Origin: Granulicella sp.
Lineage (GTDB): Bacteria; Acidobacteriota; Terriglobia; Terriglobales; Acidobacteriaceae
Length of the DNA: 64,000 nucleotides
NCBI GenBank assembly: GCA_965276885.1
Contig: OZ255702.1
Coordinates: forward strand, 1,137,286-1,201,285
Direction: 5' to 3'
A program made the position numbers and the translations under genes. Positions 36,877 through 46,112 of this stretch are shown here, one piece after another (position 1 is the first letter of the stretch; each line of letters starts with the position of its first letter). The notes under the pieces are model-generated. The model did not search any database. It was given only the letters and a program-made list of their open reading frames with translations, and was not told where the DNA came from.

Positions 36877-37521
36877 TCAGCGCTGCAAGGCGAGCGCGAT
36901 CTCATGCGTGGGGATCGCGCCTTCGCGCAGAATCATCCACGAGTTTTCTCCGCCGCTCAAATCGATGATCGTGGTAGCCACGGTCCGCGCGGTTGGTCCG
37001 CCATCGACGATCAAGGGAATCTTATCGCCGAACTGCTCGCGCACGCAGCCTGCCCAGGTACACTCCGGCAGATTGCGCAGGTTGGCGCTGGTCGCGGTGA
37101 TCGGCAGCCCAAGCCTGCTCACCACGGCGCGGCAGATTGGGGCCTCCGGCACACGCAGCGCGACGTTGCCGGTGTTGGCCGTCACGCGCAGCGGCAGCTT
37201 GCTGCCGGCGCGCACGATGATGGTCAGCGGCCCCGGCCAGAAGCGTTCCGCCAGCCGGTCGAAGCCGGCGTCGATGCCGCGGGCAAGATCGTACGCCTGG
37301 GCCACATCGGCGATCAGCAGCGACAACGGTTTATGCCGCGCCCGCGTCTTCAGGTCGTAGATCCGGTCCACCGCGCGCAGGTTCACGGGATCGACCGCCA
37401 GGCCGTAGAAGGTATCGGTGGGCAGGGCGACTACATCGCCCGCATCGAGCGCCTGCGCCACCCGGGCAATGTGTTCCGGCTCCGGCTCATCCGGATGTAT
37501 GCGTAGAACCTCAGCGTCCAA
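36877..37521 (-). CDS. tsaC: L-threonylcarbamoyladenylate synthase (TsaC/Sua5 domain)
   Basis: ALPTDTFYGL; KPLSLLI; FWPGPLT; ATSAN. Probable TTG start at 37521. Confidence 0.92.
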   Translation of the reverse strand: MDAEVLRIHPDEPEPEHIARVAQALDAGDVVALPTDTFYGLAVDPVNLRAVDRIYDLKTRARHKPLSLLIADVAQAYDLARGIDAGFDRLAERFWPGPLTIIVRAGSKLPLRVTANTGNVALRVPEAPICRAVVSRLGLPITATSANLRNLPECTWAGCVREQFGDKIPLIVDGGPTARTVATTIIDLSGGENSWMILREGAIPTHEIALALQR

Positions 37522-37618
37522 CGTGTCCCCTTGCGCTTCTCCAAGAACTTTATCGCATAGCGGGCTGCGCGGCGCGAGCCACCTGTCGTGGCGTGATCCC
37601 AACGCGTAAACTGGGCCC

Positions 37619-38578
37619 ATGCCGCCGCTGCCGCCTCCCATCACAAGCCGCTCCAACGCGCGGGTGAAGGCGCTGCGGGCTGCGTTGAGCGGTGAAGCTT
37701 CCAAGCCCGGCGATCTGCTCGGCATCGAAGGCCTGCAGCTCATCGGCGAACTGCACAACTCAGGGCACAACTTTGACACGGTCTATCTGCGCGAGGGCAG
37801 TGAATACGTCCTGGAGCAGGGTTGGCCCGCAAAGCTGCGAACCGAACATCGGGCGGTGCTCAGCCGCGAGGTCTTCGACACTGCTGTAAGCACCCAGACG
37901 CCGCAGGGAATCGCCGCTACCTGGATCATCCGCAACCCGGCGCCCCGCCATACTGGTGTCGGAAACGCTCTGATTCTGGAAAACATCCAAGACCCCGGCA
38001 ATCTCGGAACGCTGATTCGCTCGGCCGCGGCGTTTGGCACGGAACGCGTGATGATCACCCCGGAGTCGGCCAATCACTGGAGCCCGAAGGTGGTGCGGGC
38101 CGCGGCCGGCGCTGTCTTTCATACCTCGGTCACTCGTCTCTCGATCGAGGGGGCCGTGGCGCAGCTGCGCTCGGAAAAGGTGCGCATCTTCGCCGCGGTG
38201 AGCGGCTTTCACAACGGGCCCGAGTACGGCGGCGTCGCCCGGCTCGCGGCCCGGCACGGCGTGCTCACCGGACGGGTCGAGGACCGGGATGCCCCCCCGG
38301 AGCTCCGCTACAACGATCTATCGCCGGCAGAGGGCGAAGCAAGCTACGCCGCGTCTTTGTCGTATGACACCGACTTCCTGGAACCCTGCGCCATTCTCAT
38401 CGGCAACGAGGGGGCCGGGCTCACCCAACGCGCGCGCGGGCTGGCGGACGAGCAGGTACAGATCCCCGTCACGGTAGAGTCGCTGAACGCGGCGGTTGCC
38501 GGCGCGGTGCTGATGTATGAGGCGATGCGGCAAAGAACGCTGCGCGCCTGGGCCCGCCGGCAGGGACTACGCCCATGA
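37619..38578 (+). CDS. TrmH/SpoU-family RNA 2'-O-methyltransferase
   Basis: ITSRSN; IQDPGNLGTLIRSA; GNEGAGL; ESLNAAVA. Confidence 0.92.
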   Translation: MPPLPPPITSRSNARVKALRAALSGEASKPGDLLGIEGLQLIGELHNSGHNFDTVYLREGSEYVLEQGWPAKLRTEHRAVLSREVFDTAVSTQTPQGIAATWIIRNPAPRHTGVGNALILENIQDPGNLGTLIRSAAAFGTERVMITPESANHWSPKVVRAAAGAVFHTSVTRLSIEGAVAQLRSEKVRIFAAVSGFHNGPEYGGVARLAARHGVLTGRVEDRDAPPELRYNDLSPAEGEASYAASLSYDTDFLEPCAILIGNEGAGLTQRARGLADEQVQIPVTVESLNAAVAGAVLMYEAMRQRTLRAWARRQGLRP

Positions 38579-39984
38579 GCCTGTTTGATGCCTCCCCGCT
38601 GCGTGGGGAAGAGCCGCGCGACGCGTCCACGGCAGCGCCTCTGGCCGAGCGCATGAGGCCGCGCTCCCTTGATGAGTTCTTCGGCCAGGAGCATCTGCTC
38701 GGCCCGGGCAAGCCGCTGCGTCTGCAGATCGAGCGCGACGCACAACCGGATGGCGGTGCACCCCGCGGCCGCAACGAGCAACCCGGCCGCGGCGCCTCCG
38801 CTTCGCTCATCTTCTGGGGACCCCCGGGCGTCGGCAAAACCACGCTGGCCAAGATCATCGCGCGTTCCACGGAGGCCAGCTTCATCGAGTTCTCCGCTGT
38901 ACTCTCCGGCATCAAGGAGATCAAGGCCGTCATGGTCGAGGCCGAAAAGGCCGTCCGCTTCGGCTCGCGTACCGTGCTGTTCGTCGATGAGATCCACCGC
39001 TTCAACAAGGCGCAGCAGGATGCCTTTCTGCCCTACGTCGAGCTCGGTTCGATCCGCCTCATCGGCGCCACCACTGAAAACCCCTCCTTCGAGATCAACG
39101 CCGCGCTGCTCAGCCGCTGCCGCGTGTACACCCTGCGCGCCTTAGAGCAGGCGGACATTCTCCAGCTGCTCGAGCGGGCTTTGGGGGAGGAGGAGCGCGG
39201 CCTCGGCGCGCTGCACCTGAACGCCGACGAAGCTGCACTCGAGGCCATCGCCAGTTATGCCAGCGGGGACGCACGCTCTTCCTTGAATGCACTCGAAGTC
39301 GCCGCGCAACTCGCCGGCAATCGCGGTGAACAGACCATCACCCGTGAAATCGCCGCCGAAGCGCTGCAAGGGCGCGTCCTGCTCTACGATAAAAAGGGAG
39401 AGCAGCACTACGATCTCATCTCCGCGCTGCACAAAAGCGTGCGCAACTCCGACGCCGACGCCTCGCTGTACTGGCTGGGCCGCATGCTGCGCGCCGGCGA
39501 AGACCCGATGTATGTCGCCCGCCGTGTGGTGCGGATGGCGGTCGAAGACATCGGCCTGGCCGCGCCCGAGGCGCTGAACCTGTGCCTCTCCGCGCGCGAT
39601 GCCCTGCACTTCCTCGGCTCCCCAGAAGGCGACCTCGCGCTTGCGCAGGCGGTGGTTTACCTAGCCCTCGCGCCCAAATCCAACGCCGTCTACACCGCCT
39701 ACGCCGAGGTGCTCGCCGATATCGAGCAGCGTCCCGCGGAGCCGGTCCCGTTGCACCTGCGCAACGCGCCCACCAAGCTGATGAAAGAGCTCGACTACGG
39801 CAGAGACTACCAGTACGCGCACGACGTCGAGGGCAAGGTCGCTGCCATGGACTGCCTTCCGCCCTCGCTCGCCGGTCGGCGCTACTATCACCCTACTGGC
39901 GAAGGCCGGGAGCGGCTTCTGGCCCAGCGCATGGACGAAATTGTTTCGGTGAAACGAAACGCGCGCGAGAAGCTGGAAAACTGA
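38575..39984 (+). CDS. rarA: Replication-associated recombination protein A (AAA+)
   Basis: PLAERMRP; GPPGVGKTT; DEIHRFNKAQQD; HKSVRNSD; EDIGLA; ATGA overlap with the upstream gene. Confidence 0.95.
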   Translation: MSLFDASPLRGEEPRDASTAAPLAERMRPRSLDEFFGQEHLLGPGKPLRLQIERDAQPDGGAPRGRNEQPGRGASASLIFWGPPGVGKTTLAKIIARSTEASFIEFSAVLSGIKEIKAVMVEAEKAVRFGSRTVLFVDEIHRFNKAQQDAFLPYVELGSIRLIGATTENPSFEINAALLSRCRVYTLRALEQADILQLLERALGEEERGLGALHLNADEAALEAIASYASGDARSSLNALEVAAQLAGNRGEQTITREIAAEALQGRVLLYDKKGEQHYDLISALHKSVRNSDADASLYWLGRMLRAGEDPMYVARRVVRMAVEDIGLAAPEALNLCLSARDALHFLGSPEGDLALAQAVVYLALAPKSNAVYTAYAEVLADIEQRPAEPVPLHLRNAPTKLMKELDYGRDYQYAHDVEGKVAAMDCLPPSLAGRRYYHPTGEGRERLLAQRMDEIVSVKRNAREKLEN

Positions 39985-40039
39985 TCCTCCGGAATTCGGC
40001 GAAAGCATTTTTCGCATAGCTATTTCGCATAGCTATACA

Positions 40040-40096
40040 GTCATCTCGACCGGAGCAGACAGTTTCATCGTCTGTCGAGTTGAGAGACCCGCAGTT
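40040..40096. repeat. Family B REP-like unit
   Basis: GTCATCTCGACCGGAGC...GAGAGACCCGCAGTT. Confidence 0.7.
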
Positions 40097-40400
40097 CTGC
40101 TCGGACCACCTGCACACCTTCCGGAATTCGACTAAGTAGATCAATTGCAAGTAGATGCGGACCGGCCGATCCGGCATTGAGAGGCAAGTGAACGGCCGTA
40201 AGCCCTCCCGCTCCCCCTCTCTTTCCCATAAAAAGCTTGTGACCCTGTAGCGTAAAACCGATTTCACGGAAGTTGCATCGTCGAACGACCTTTCGGGGCC
40301 CTCAGGCAACCTTTTTTTCCCTATACTCGATTCATAGCCCCACAGCTTTCCCCTGTGTGCTGGATGTGTCGCTCTCCGCCAGCCTCTCTCACAGGTTGTT

Positions 40401-40451
40401 TCAATGTCGCTTAGCTGACCAGCATTCGTCAGAGATGTAGTTCAGCGGCAT
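40401..40451 (-). CDS. Possible 16-aa small ORF
   Basis: TAAGGAGGT 4 nt before ATG; MPLNYISDECWSAKRH*. Supported only by the SD match. Confidence 0.3.
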   Translation of the reverse strand: MPLNYISDECWSAKRH

Positions 40452-40483
40452 ACCTACCTCCTTAGAAAAGGTTGAAAAACCGA

Positions 40484-41560
40484 ATGCGAATCGCCTCTGT
40501 AGCTACCGCCTATCCACCCTATCGCTATCCCCAAGCCGTTCTTTCCGAGGCCCTTAAGCGGGTCTACAAGGACAAAATGGATGGAACCCGCATCATTGAC
40601 CGTCTTCACGGCAACTGCGGTGTTGAGTTCCGCCACGTCATGTTCCCAATCGACAGTTTGGGAACCTATTCCGGCTTCGGCCAAAGTAATGATGCGTGGA
40701 TCGAGGGAGCCCTCAAGATCGGCCAGCAGGCCATCGAGACAGCTCTCGACCGCGCCGGGCTGGAACCTTCTGAAATTTCGGCCATTTTTGTCGCCTCCAC
40801 CACCGGTCTGGCGACCCCCAGCCTCGATGCGCGCCTGATCAACCGCATGGGCTTCAAGAACAACACCAAACGTACGCCCATCTTCGGGCTCGGCTGCGCG
40901 GCGGGCGCTGTCGGCATCTCCCGCGCGGCGGATTATGTCCGCGCCTACCCCAAGCAATACGCCGTCTTCCTTTCTGTCGAACTGTGCTCTCTGAACTGGC
41001 AGGAAGCCGATCAATCCATCGGCAATATCGTCGCCTGCGGCCTGTTCGGCGATGGCGCCGGGGCCGTCGTGGTGGCGGGTGAAGAAACCTACCATGCCCA
41101 AAGGCCAACCAGCCTGGGCCAGCCCTGCCCCCGCGTCATGGACACCCGCTCGACGATGTACCCCAACACGGAGCACATCGTCGGCCTGCAGTTCAAGGAC
41201 AGCGGGTTCAACGTGGTTCTTTCCCCTGAGATCCCCGGCCTGATCGCAAAGCACATGCGCGGCGATGTCGATAGCTTTCTGGCCGACAACAACCTCGATC
41301 TGAAGGACATCTACAGCTTCATCGTCCATAACGGCGGCCCCAAAGTGCTGAAGGCAATGGAAAAGGCCTGGGATCTGCCGTTGGGCGCGCTGGACTCCTC
41401 CTGGGAGCGTCTGCGCGAGGTGGGCAATGTCTCCTCCGTCTCCGTGCTCTCCGTCATGGAAGAGGACTTCCTCAACCGTCCCGGAGATCCCGGGGCCCAC
41501 ACCGTCATGGCCTCCATGGGGCCGGCCTTCTGCTCGGAGCTCATCCTGCTGGAGTGGTAA
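40484..41560 (+). CDS. Type III polyketide synthase (chalcone-synthase-like)
   Basis: Cys-His-Asn triad in LGCAAG, VHNGGPK and GNVSS; SVELCS; LFGDGA; MGPAF. Confidence 0.93.
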   Translation: MRIASVATAYPPYRYPQAVLSEALKRVYKDKMDGTRIIDRLHGNCGVEFRHVMFPIDSLGTYSGFGQSNDAWIEGALKIGQQAIETALDRAGLEPSEISAIFVASTTGLATPSLDARLINRMGFKNNTKRTPIFGLGCAAGAVGISRAADYVRAYPKQYAVFLSVELCSLNWQEADQSIGNIVACGLFGDGAGAVVVAGEETYHAQRPTSLGQPCPRVMDTRSTMYPNTEHIVGLQFKDSGFNVVLSPEIPGLIAKHMRGDVDSFLADNNLDLKDIYSFIVHNGGPKVLKAMEKAWDLPLGALDSSWERLREVGNVSSVSVLSVMEEDFLNRPGDPGAHTVMASMGPAFCSELILLEW

Positions 41561-41586
41561 GCGTGATTGCTTGAAGCGAAATAAGA

Positions 41587-41617
41587 AACGGAGGCCGCGC
41601 AGGCCTCCGTTCTTTTT
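41587..41617 (+). terminator. Rho-independent terminator
   Basis: ACGGAGGCC / GGCCTCCGT stem followed by TCTTTTT. Confidence 0.75.
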
Positions 41618-41699
41618 GGTTCGTCATCCCGCGGCGCAGCCGGGGTCTCCAGCCAGGCCCAACGCGCAGCGCGCAGCTGAAAGCAGCTGAACCAATTAG

Positions 41700-41787
41700 A
41701 GCAAATTCCCATAGCTATGCAGTGTCATCTCGACTGGAGCGGGACGGTTTATCGTCCCGCGTAATGGAGCGACCCCTGTATTTCATT
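41700..41787. repeat. Family E element, left part
   Basis: After TTAG: AGCAAATTCCC...GTCATCTCGACTGGAGCGGGAC...CCCCTGTATTTC, matching 3583-3670. Confidence 0.75.
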
Positions 41788-41870
41788 TGGAAACCGACCA
41801 CAGGCGCGTTTCCGGGGAATTATTGCGTGAGAGTCGACCCAGGATGCCGTAAGCTGGAGCAAGACCCCCA

Positions 41871-43022
41871 ATGTCTGCGCTCACTGATTTTTCAGCACTC
41901 GTGGAAACCCTCTATGAAGCAGCTTCTGATCCTGAACAATGGGAACGCTTTCTTGGTGACTTCTATCGAGCCATGGACGGCACGCGTGGAGCTCTGACCG
42001 CGGTTGCCGCGAAGCCCGAGTTCACAAAAATCGTGCTGCAAGGCTACACCGACTCCGAAGTACGCGCCTATTCCGACTACTACTCGCAGCACGATGTAGT
42101 CGTCGGCGCGGGGCTTCAAAGAGTGGAGCAGCAGAGCCAGTGGATTGGTCCTCTCGAAGAGATTCTTCCCTATCGCGAACTGGAGGCCAGCGAGATCTAC
42201 AACGACCATTACCGGGTAATGGACATGTACTACGCGTCCTGTGTGATGGTGGGCGCGACAGGACCGTACTCCGCGCTCGGTTTAGCTGCGTGGCGTCCTA
42301 AATCGGGCGGCCCATTCCGCCCAGACCAGCTTCACCTCGTCGAAATCCTCGCGCCTCACCTGAAACAGGCCTTTCGGCTTCATGCCAGCCTGACTGCGCT
42401 GCGTGGGGAGAGCGAGGCCTTCCAATACGCGCTTGAGACGACCGCCGTCGCCGTCGTCGCGCTCCGGGCCGACGGGCGCATCCTTGCCGCCTCCTCGCCT
42501 GCCGAAGCGATGCTCAATCGCAAGCAGGTTCTGCTCCGTCGCGAGGGTAAGCTGCGCGCCGCAAATCCCGAGCGCGATCGCACCCTGCAGCACCTCATCG
42601 CTTGTGCTGCTCGCACCGGTGGTATGGACCTTGGCGACTCCTGCGGCACGCTCGTGCGCCCTGGCGGCTCGCTTCTATTGCCGGTGGCCGGCAAACCGCT
42701 CGCGCTGCAGGTGCAGGTTTTGCCTGCTCGTTCCAGCGGTGAATTGACGGGCGAGAATCCCGCCGTGCTGGTGTTTATCGCAGATCCTGCGGCCGCTCCT
42801 CCCAACCGCGCCTGCATCGCGCGGGAGTTGTACAACCTCACGCCCGTGGAAACAAGGCTTGCACATCTCTTCCTGCAGGGTAAAGAACTGAAGGAGGCGG
42901 CTGAAGAACTTAAGCTGAGCTACGCGGGCACCCGGTTTCACCTCAAGCAGATCTTCCGCAAGACCAACACAAGCCGCCAAACCGAGCTGCTTCGCCTGCT
43001 GCTTGCCATTCCGGCACCCTAA
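41871..43022 (+). CDS. LuxR-type HTH regulator with N-terminal sensor (GAF/PAS-like) domains
   Basis: LTPVETRLA...GKELKEAA...TRFHLKQIFRKT.TSRQTEL; LAPHLKQA linker. Confidence 0.88.
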   Translation: MSALTDFSALVETLYEAASDPEQWERFLGDFYRAMDGTRGALTAVAAKPEFTKIVLQGYTDSEVRAYSDYYSQHDVVVGAGLQRVEQQSQWIGPLEEILPYRELEASEIYNDHYRVMDMYYASCVMVGATGPYSALGLAAWRPKSGGPFRPDQLHLVEILAPHLKQAFRLHASLTALRGESEAFQYALETTAVAVVALRADGRILAASSPAEAMLNRKQVLLRREGKLRAANPERDRTLQHLIACAARTGGMDLGDSCGTLVRPGGSLLLPVAGKPLALQVQVLPARSSGELTGENPAVLVFIADPAAAPPNRACIARELYNLTPVETRLAHLFLQGKELKEAAEELKLSYAGTRFHLKQIFRKTNTSRQTELLRLLLAIPAP

Positions 43023-43058
43023 AGCACGACGACGCGGACAGGGCGGGGTCCAGCCAGT

Positions 43059-43094
43059 TCCATACAGCCCCGGCCAAGGCCGGGGCTGTATGGA
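43059..43094. terminator. Perfect 17-bp inverted repeat after the regulator
   Basis: TCCATACAGCCCCGGCC-AA-GGCCGGGGCTGTATGGA; no U tail. Confidence 0.5.
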
Positions 43095-43127
43095 GTCCTA
43101 TGGATCTAGAATTCGATCAGAACCTAA

Positions 43128-43285
43128 TGTGGTGTCCCGCAAGTTTGTCGCATAAATTGAATTGTCATCCTGAGCGGAGTTTGGCGCGCTTTTTGCGCCA
43201 AACGCAGTCGAAGGACCTGCTTTTCGCTTCGGTCGGCTACACGGTTCAGGGTGCGACATATGTATCGAAGTTCTGGGACACCACA
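43128..43285. repeat. Family D element D4 (158 bp, intact)
   Basis: TGTGGTGTCCC / GGGACACCACA ends, flanked by CTAA and CTAG. Confidence 0.88.
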
Positions 43286-43307
43286 CTAGAGTTTGACCAG
43301 AATCCAA

Positions 43308-43436
43308 GGAATCTCTGAATAAGTGTCCGTCTTGAAGGGGCGGGACTTTAGTCCCGCCGTAAATCCAGTAACAGCAACGCGGCTTTTAGCCGCTGAGGTA
43401 CGCTTTCGCTCGTTCCCGGACTTGATCAGACCTTTC
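43308..43436. repeat. Family A element, copy A4
   Basis: GGAATCTCTGAATAAG...TTGATCAGACCTTTC followed by CTAG. Confidence 0.82.
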
Positions 43437-43440
43437 CTAG

Positions 43441-44716
43441 GAGCTTGTTGAAATAACTGCTGATCGATGCGGTTCTGCTGAAGATTTGCTCCTGGGGAGC
43501 TTTTGTTGATGGATAGCTTGGTTTGTATTGGAGGCTGGCGAGTGTTTTTGAACACTCAACCTGTTTTCAGGCGCACTGCTGCTCGGGGCCCTGCGCGGCT
43601 TGTTGCGCGATGAGCCTGGGGAGGCGCAGGAGGTTGTGCGCGGCGCAGCTAAAGACGAAGGTCCAATCCACCTTGGCCAGACCGCGCACCTTCACCTGGC
43701 GCACCGGCCCGGTCTGCTTCAGCCAGCCGAAGCTCTTTTCGACCAGCCAGCGGCAGCTCAGGCTGATCGCATAGCCGGGGTGCCGGGTGGTCCTCCCGTC
43801 CATGTTGGAGCGGCGGCCCTTGTTGTTCTTCGTGATGTGCGGCGTGACATGCAGGCTCCGCGCGGCGACGACGAAATCCTCCGCGTCGTAGGCCTTGTCC
43901 GCGCCCACGGTGATGCGTCGCGTGCGGCCCTGCTGCTTGTCGGCCAGCATCAGCAGCGCGGCGTCGCGCTCGGCAAAGCCATCGGCCTGGGTGGCCATCG
44001 CGGCGGCGATCAGACCGTTCCGGTTCTCCACCAGCACATGGCCCAGGTAGGCCAGCTTCGACTCCGTGCCGTAGCTCTTCTTGTACAGCCGGGCCTCCGG
44101 ATCGGTGGTCGATTCATGGGTCTTGTTCGACCGCTTCTCCCCGTGGAAGTTGGTGCCGTCGTCGTCCGAGCCGTCCTTTATGCGAAAGCTCTTGTGCGAC
44201 GCCCACGCTTGAATCAAGGTGCCGTCGACAGTGAAGTGCTCATCGCTCATAAAACCCTTCGCCTGCTGAACCACCGCGGCGAAAAACTGTTGCGCCACGT
44301 CCGAGGTCAGCAAACGGTCGCGGTTTTTCGAAAACACCGCGTGGTTCCAAACCGCATCGTCCATGCCCAGGCCCACAAACCAGCGGAACAGCAGGTTGTA
44401 GTCCAGCTGCTCGACCAGCTGCCGTTCCGAACGCACTGAATAGAACGCCTGCAAGAGCAGCGCCCGCAGCACATACTCGGGCGCGATCGAAGGCCGCCCC
44501 GAAGCCGAATACAGGCTGTCAAACTCTTCGCTCAACGAGCGCAAAACAACGTCCGTCAGCCGACGAATCTCCCGCAGCGGATGATCCTGAGGCACACGCT
44601 GCTCCAACGTCACATAGCTGAACATCCCACCCTGCAACCGCTCGTCTCCACGCATACTCCATAGACGAAATAACCCTCAAATCCGCCGAAATACTGGAAC
44701 CTTTTTCAACAAGCTC
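43441..44716 (-). mobile_element. IS5-family insertion sequence, 1276 bp
   Basis: IRs GAGCTTGTTGAAA / TTTCAACAAGCTC, flanked by CTAG and CTAA. Confidence 0.92.
43567..44655 (-). CDS. IS5-family DDE transposase
   Basis: RVPQDHPLR; SERQLVEQL; VDGTLI; TTDPEARL; GADKAYD; RWLVEKSFGW. Confidence 0.93.
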   Translation of the reverse strand: MRGDERLQGGMFSYVTLEQRVPQDHPLREIRRLTDVVLRSLSEEFDSLYSASGRPSIAPEYVLRALLLQAFYSVRSERQLVEQLDYNLLFRWFVGLGMDDAVWNHAVFSKNRDRLLTSDVAQQFFAAVVQQAKGFMSDEHFTVDGTLIQAWASHKSFRIKDGSDDDGTNFHGEKRSNKTHESTTDPEARLYKKSYGTESKLAYLGHVLVENRNGLIAAAMATQADGFAERDAALLMLADKQQGRTRRITVGADKAYDAEDFVVAARSLHVTPHITKNNKGRRSNMDGRTTRHPGYAISLSCRWLVEKSFGWLKQTGPVRQVKVRGLAKVDWTFVFSCAAHNLLRLPRLIAQQAAQGPEQQCA

Positions 44717-45280
44717 CTAAGCGTAATGCCTCCGCATCACGCCCGCAATGCCCAGAAGGCCTGTGCCGAGCAGAAGGATGCTGGAGGGCTCAGGTGTGAC
44801 GGAGGAGGTTGTCGCGGCTGGGGTGTAGTTATAGGTCAGTGTTCCCACGACCGGAAGTACTGTGACTTTCCCGTCGACAGCGTCGAAATTAAGAAGCAGC
44901 TGTTGGGTTCCCGTTCCCTCGAAGTCGGAATTGTAGTAGGGGTCCGTTCCGTTCGCCGCGATCGAAAAGAGGAAGTTATCCTCATAGTAACCGGACCCAA
45001 AGAGCAGCACGGCACTGAGATCATTGACCGGCGTGATGTCCAAAAAGTTAGCAGCCAGAAAACCACTGTATTCCGCAAATCCAGAGAGAGAGATGGAGAT
45101 ACTGTTCAGCGTTCCGAGCGACGGATTGAACTCTGAGAAGGAAGTGGAAGCGACGCCGACACCGTCGGCATTTCCGGTAGCTATACCGTTCACCGAAAAA
45201 ATCTGCTTTATGGTTGAGCCATGGGCGGCAAGGCTGACCGACAGCACTGCTGCGAAAGCCACGAAAAGACGTATACGCAT
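44717..45280 (-). CDS. PEP-CTERM sorting-domain protein
   Basis: Signal MRIRLFVAFAAVLSVSLAAHG; VTPEPSSILLLGTGLLG...RR; AGGAG RBS. Confidence 0.9.
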   Translation of the reverse strand: MRIRLFVAFAAVLSVSLAAHGSTIKQIFSVNGIATGNADGVGVASTSFSEFNPSLGTLNSISISLSGFAEYSGFLAANFLDITPVNDLSAVLLFGSGYYEDNFLFSIAANGTDPYYNSDFEGTGTQQLLLNFDAVDGKVTVLPVVGTLTYNYTPAATTSSVTPEPSSILLLGTGLLGIAGVMRRHYA

Positions 45281-45363
45281 GTAGGGCTCCTTTGGATACG
45301 AATCGAGCCTACTCGTCTACCCGTCGCGCAATAGCTCCCAACTGGGAGTCTTGTGCCGCCTAA

Positions 45364-45496
45364 GAAATCTCTGAGTAAGTCTTGTCGTCGTCTTTGGGAG
45401 AGCGTGGGGCTTCACCCCACGGTAAAACGGCCAAATATTGGGGCTTCAGCCCCGGGCAGATGTTGGGCCCCATCCATTGACTTGATCAGAGTTTCC
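45364..45496. repeat. Family A element, copy A5 (intact reference for A3)
   Basis: GAAATCTCTGAGTAAG...TTGATCAGAGTTTCC, between CTAA and CTAA. Confidence 0.82.
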
Positions 45497-45500
45497 CTAA

Positions 45501-45554
45501 AAGCCTATGAAGGTGGGGTTGCAGCCGTTCCACCCCAAAAGTTGTCATAGGCTT
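45501..45554. repeat. 54-bp palindromic mini-element
   Basis: AAGCCTATGA / TCATAGGCTT ends with an internal GGGGT.G...CCACCCC stem. Confidence 0.55.
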
Positions 45555-45583
45555 CTCCAAGAGAGCTTCCGCGGAATACCTAA

Positions 45584-45743
45584 GGAATCTCTGAATAAGT
45601 GTCTGTCTGGAAGGGGCGGGACTTTAGTCTGAAATGGCAGGACTTTAGTCTGAAGGGGCGGGACTTTAGTCCCGCCGTAAATCCAGTAACAGCAACGCGG
45701 CTTTAGCCGCTGAGGCACGTTCGCTGACTTGATCAGACCTTCC
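45584..45743. repeat. Family A element, copy A6, with an internal 3 x 21 bp expansion
   Basis: Flanked by CTAA; GAAGGGGCGGGACTTTAGTCT-like unit repeated three times at 45610-45672. Confidence 0.82.
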
Positions 45744-46112
45744 CTAAGGAAAGCCCGGGCGCCGAACCCTTCAGAAGGTAAATCGCATGAACGGTTGCAA
45801 GTGATAGCCATCTACATGGCCTCCGAACCCGTCGCAACAGTCCGGGAGAGGGCCCTTGCACAGGATGACCCAGGAATCCGCTATCCTGAAATCACCCGAA
45901 TTCCGACCGCGCGGACCCAGCTCCGGGCGGTTCCCGCGACCTCGCGCTAAGTTGTTTAAAACAGATACTTTGCACGCAAATCTTTTGTTTTGAATACTTT
46001 GCCGGTTCTACCTCCTTGCATCTTTAACAAAACAAAGACTTTGCGTCCGCGGTACCCCCGGGGAGGGGCGGGGGACCGGGCAGGGAGTCTGCTGCAGGCA
46101 GTCCACCGGCCT

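Noticed and set aside
45760-46070. AT-rich stretch with TACTTTGC repeated twice
   Set aside because: No ORF, IR pair or motif that I could support; possibly island-boundary debris.
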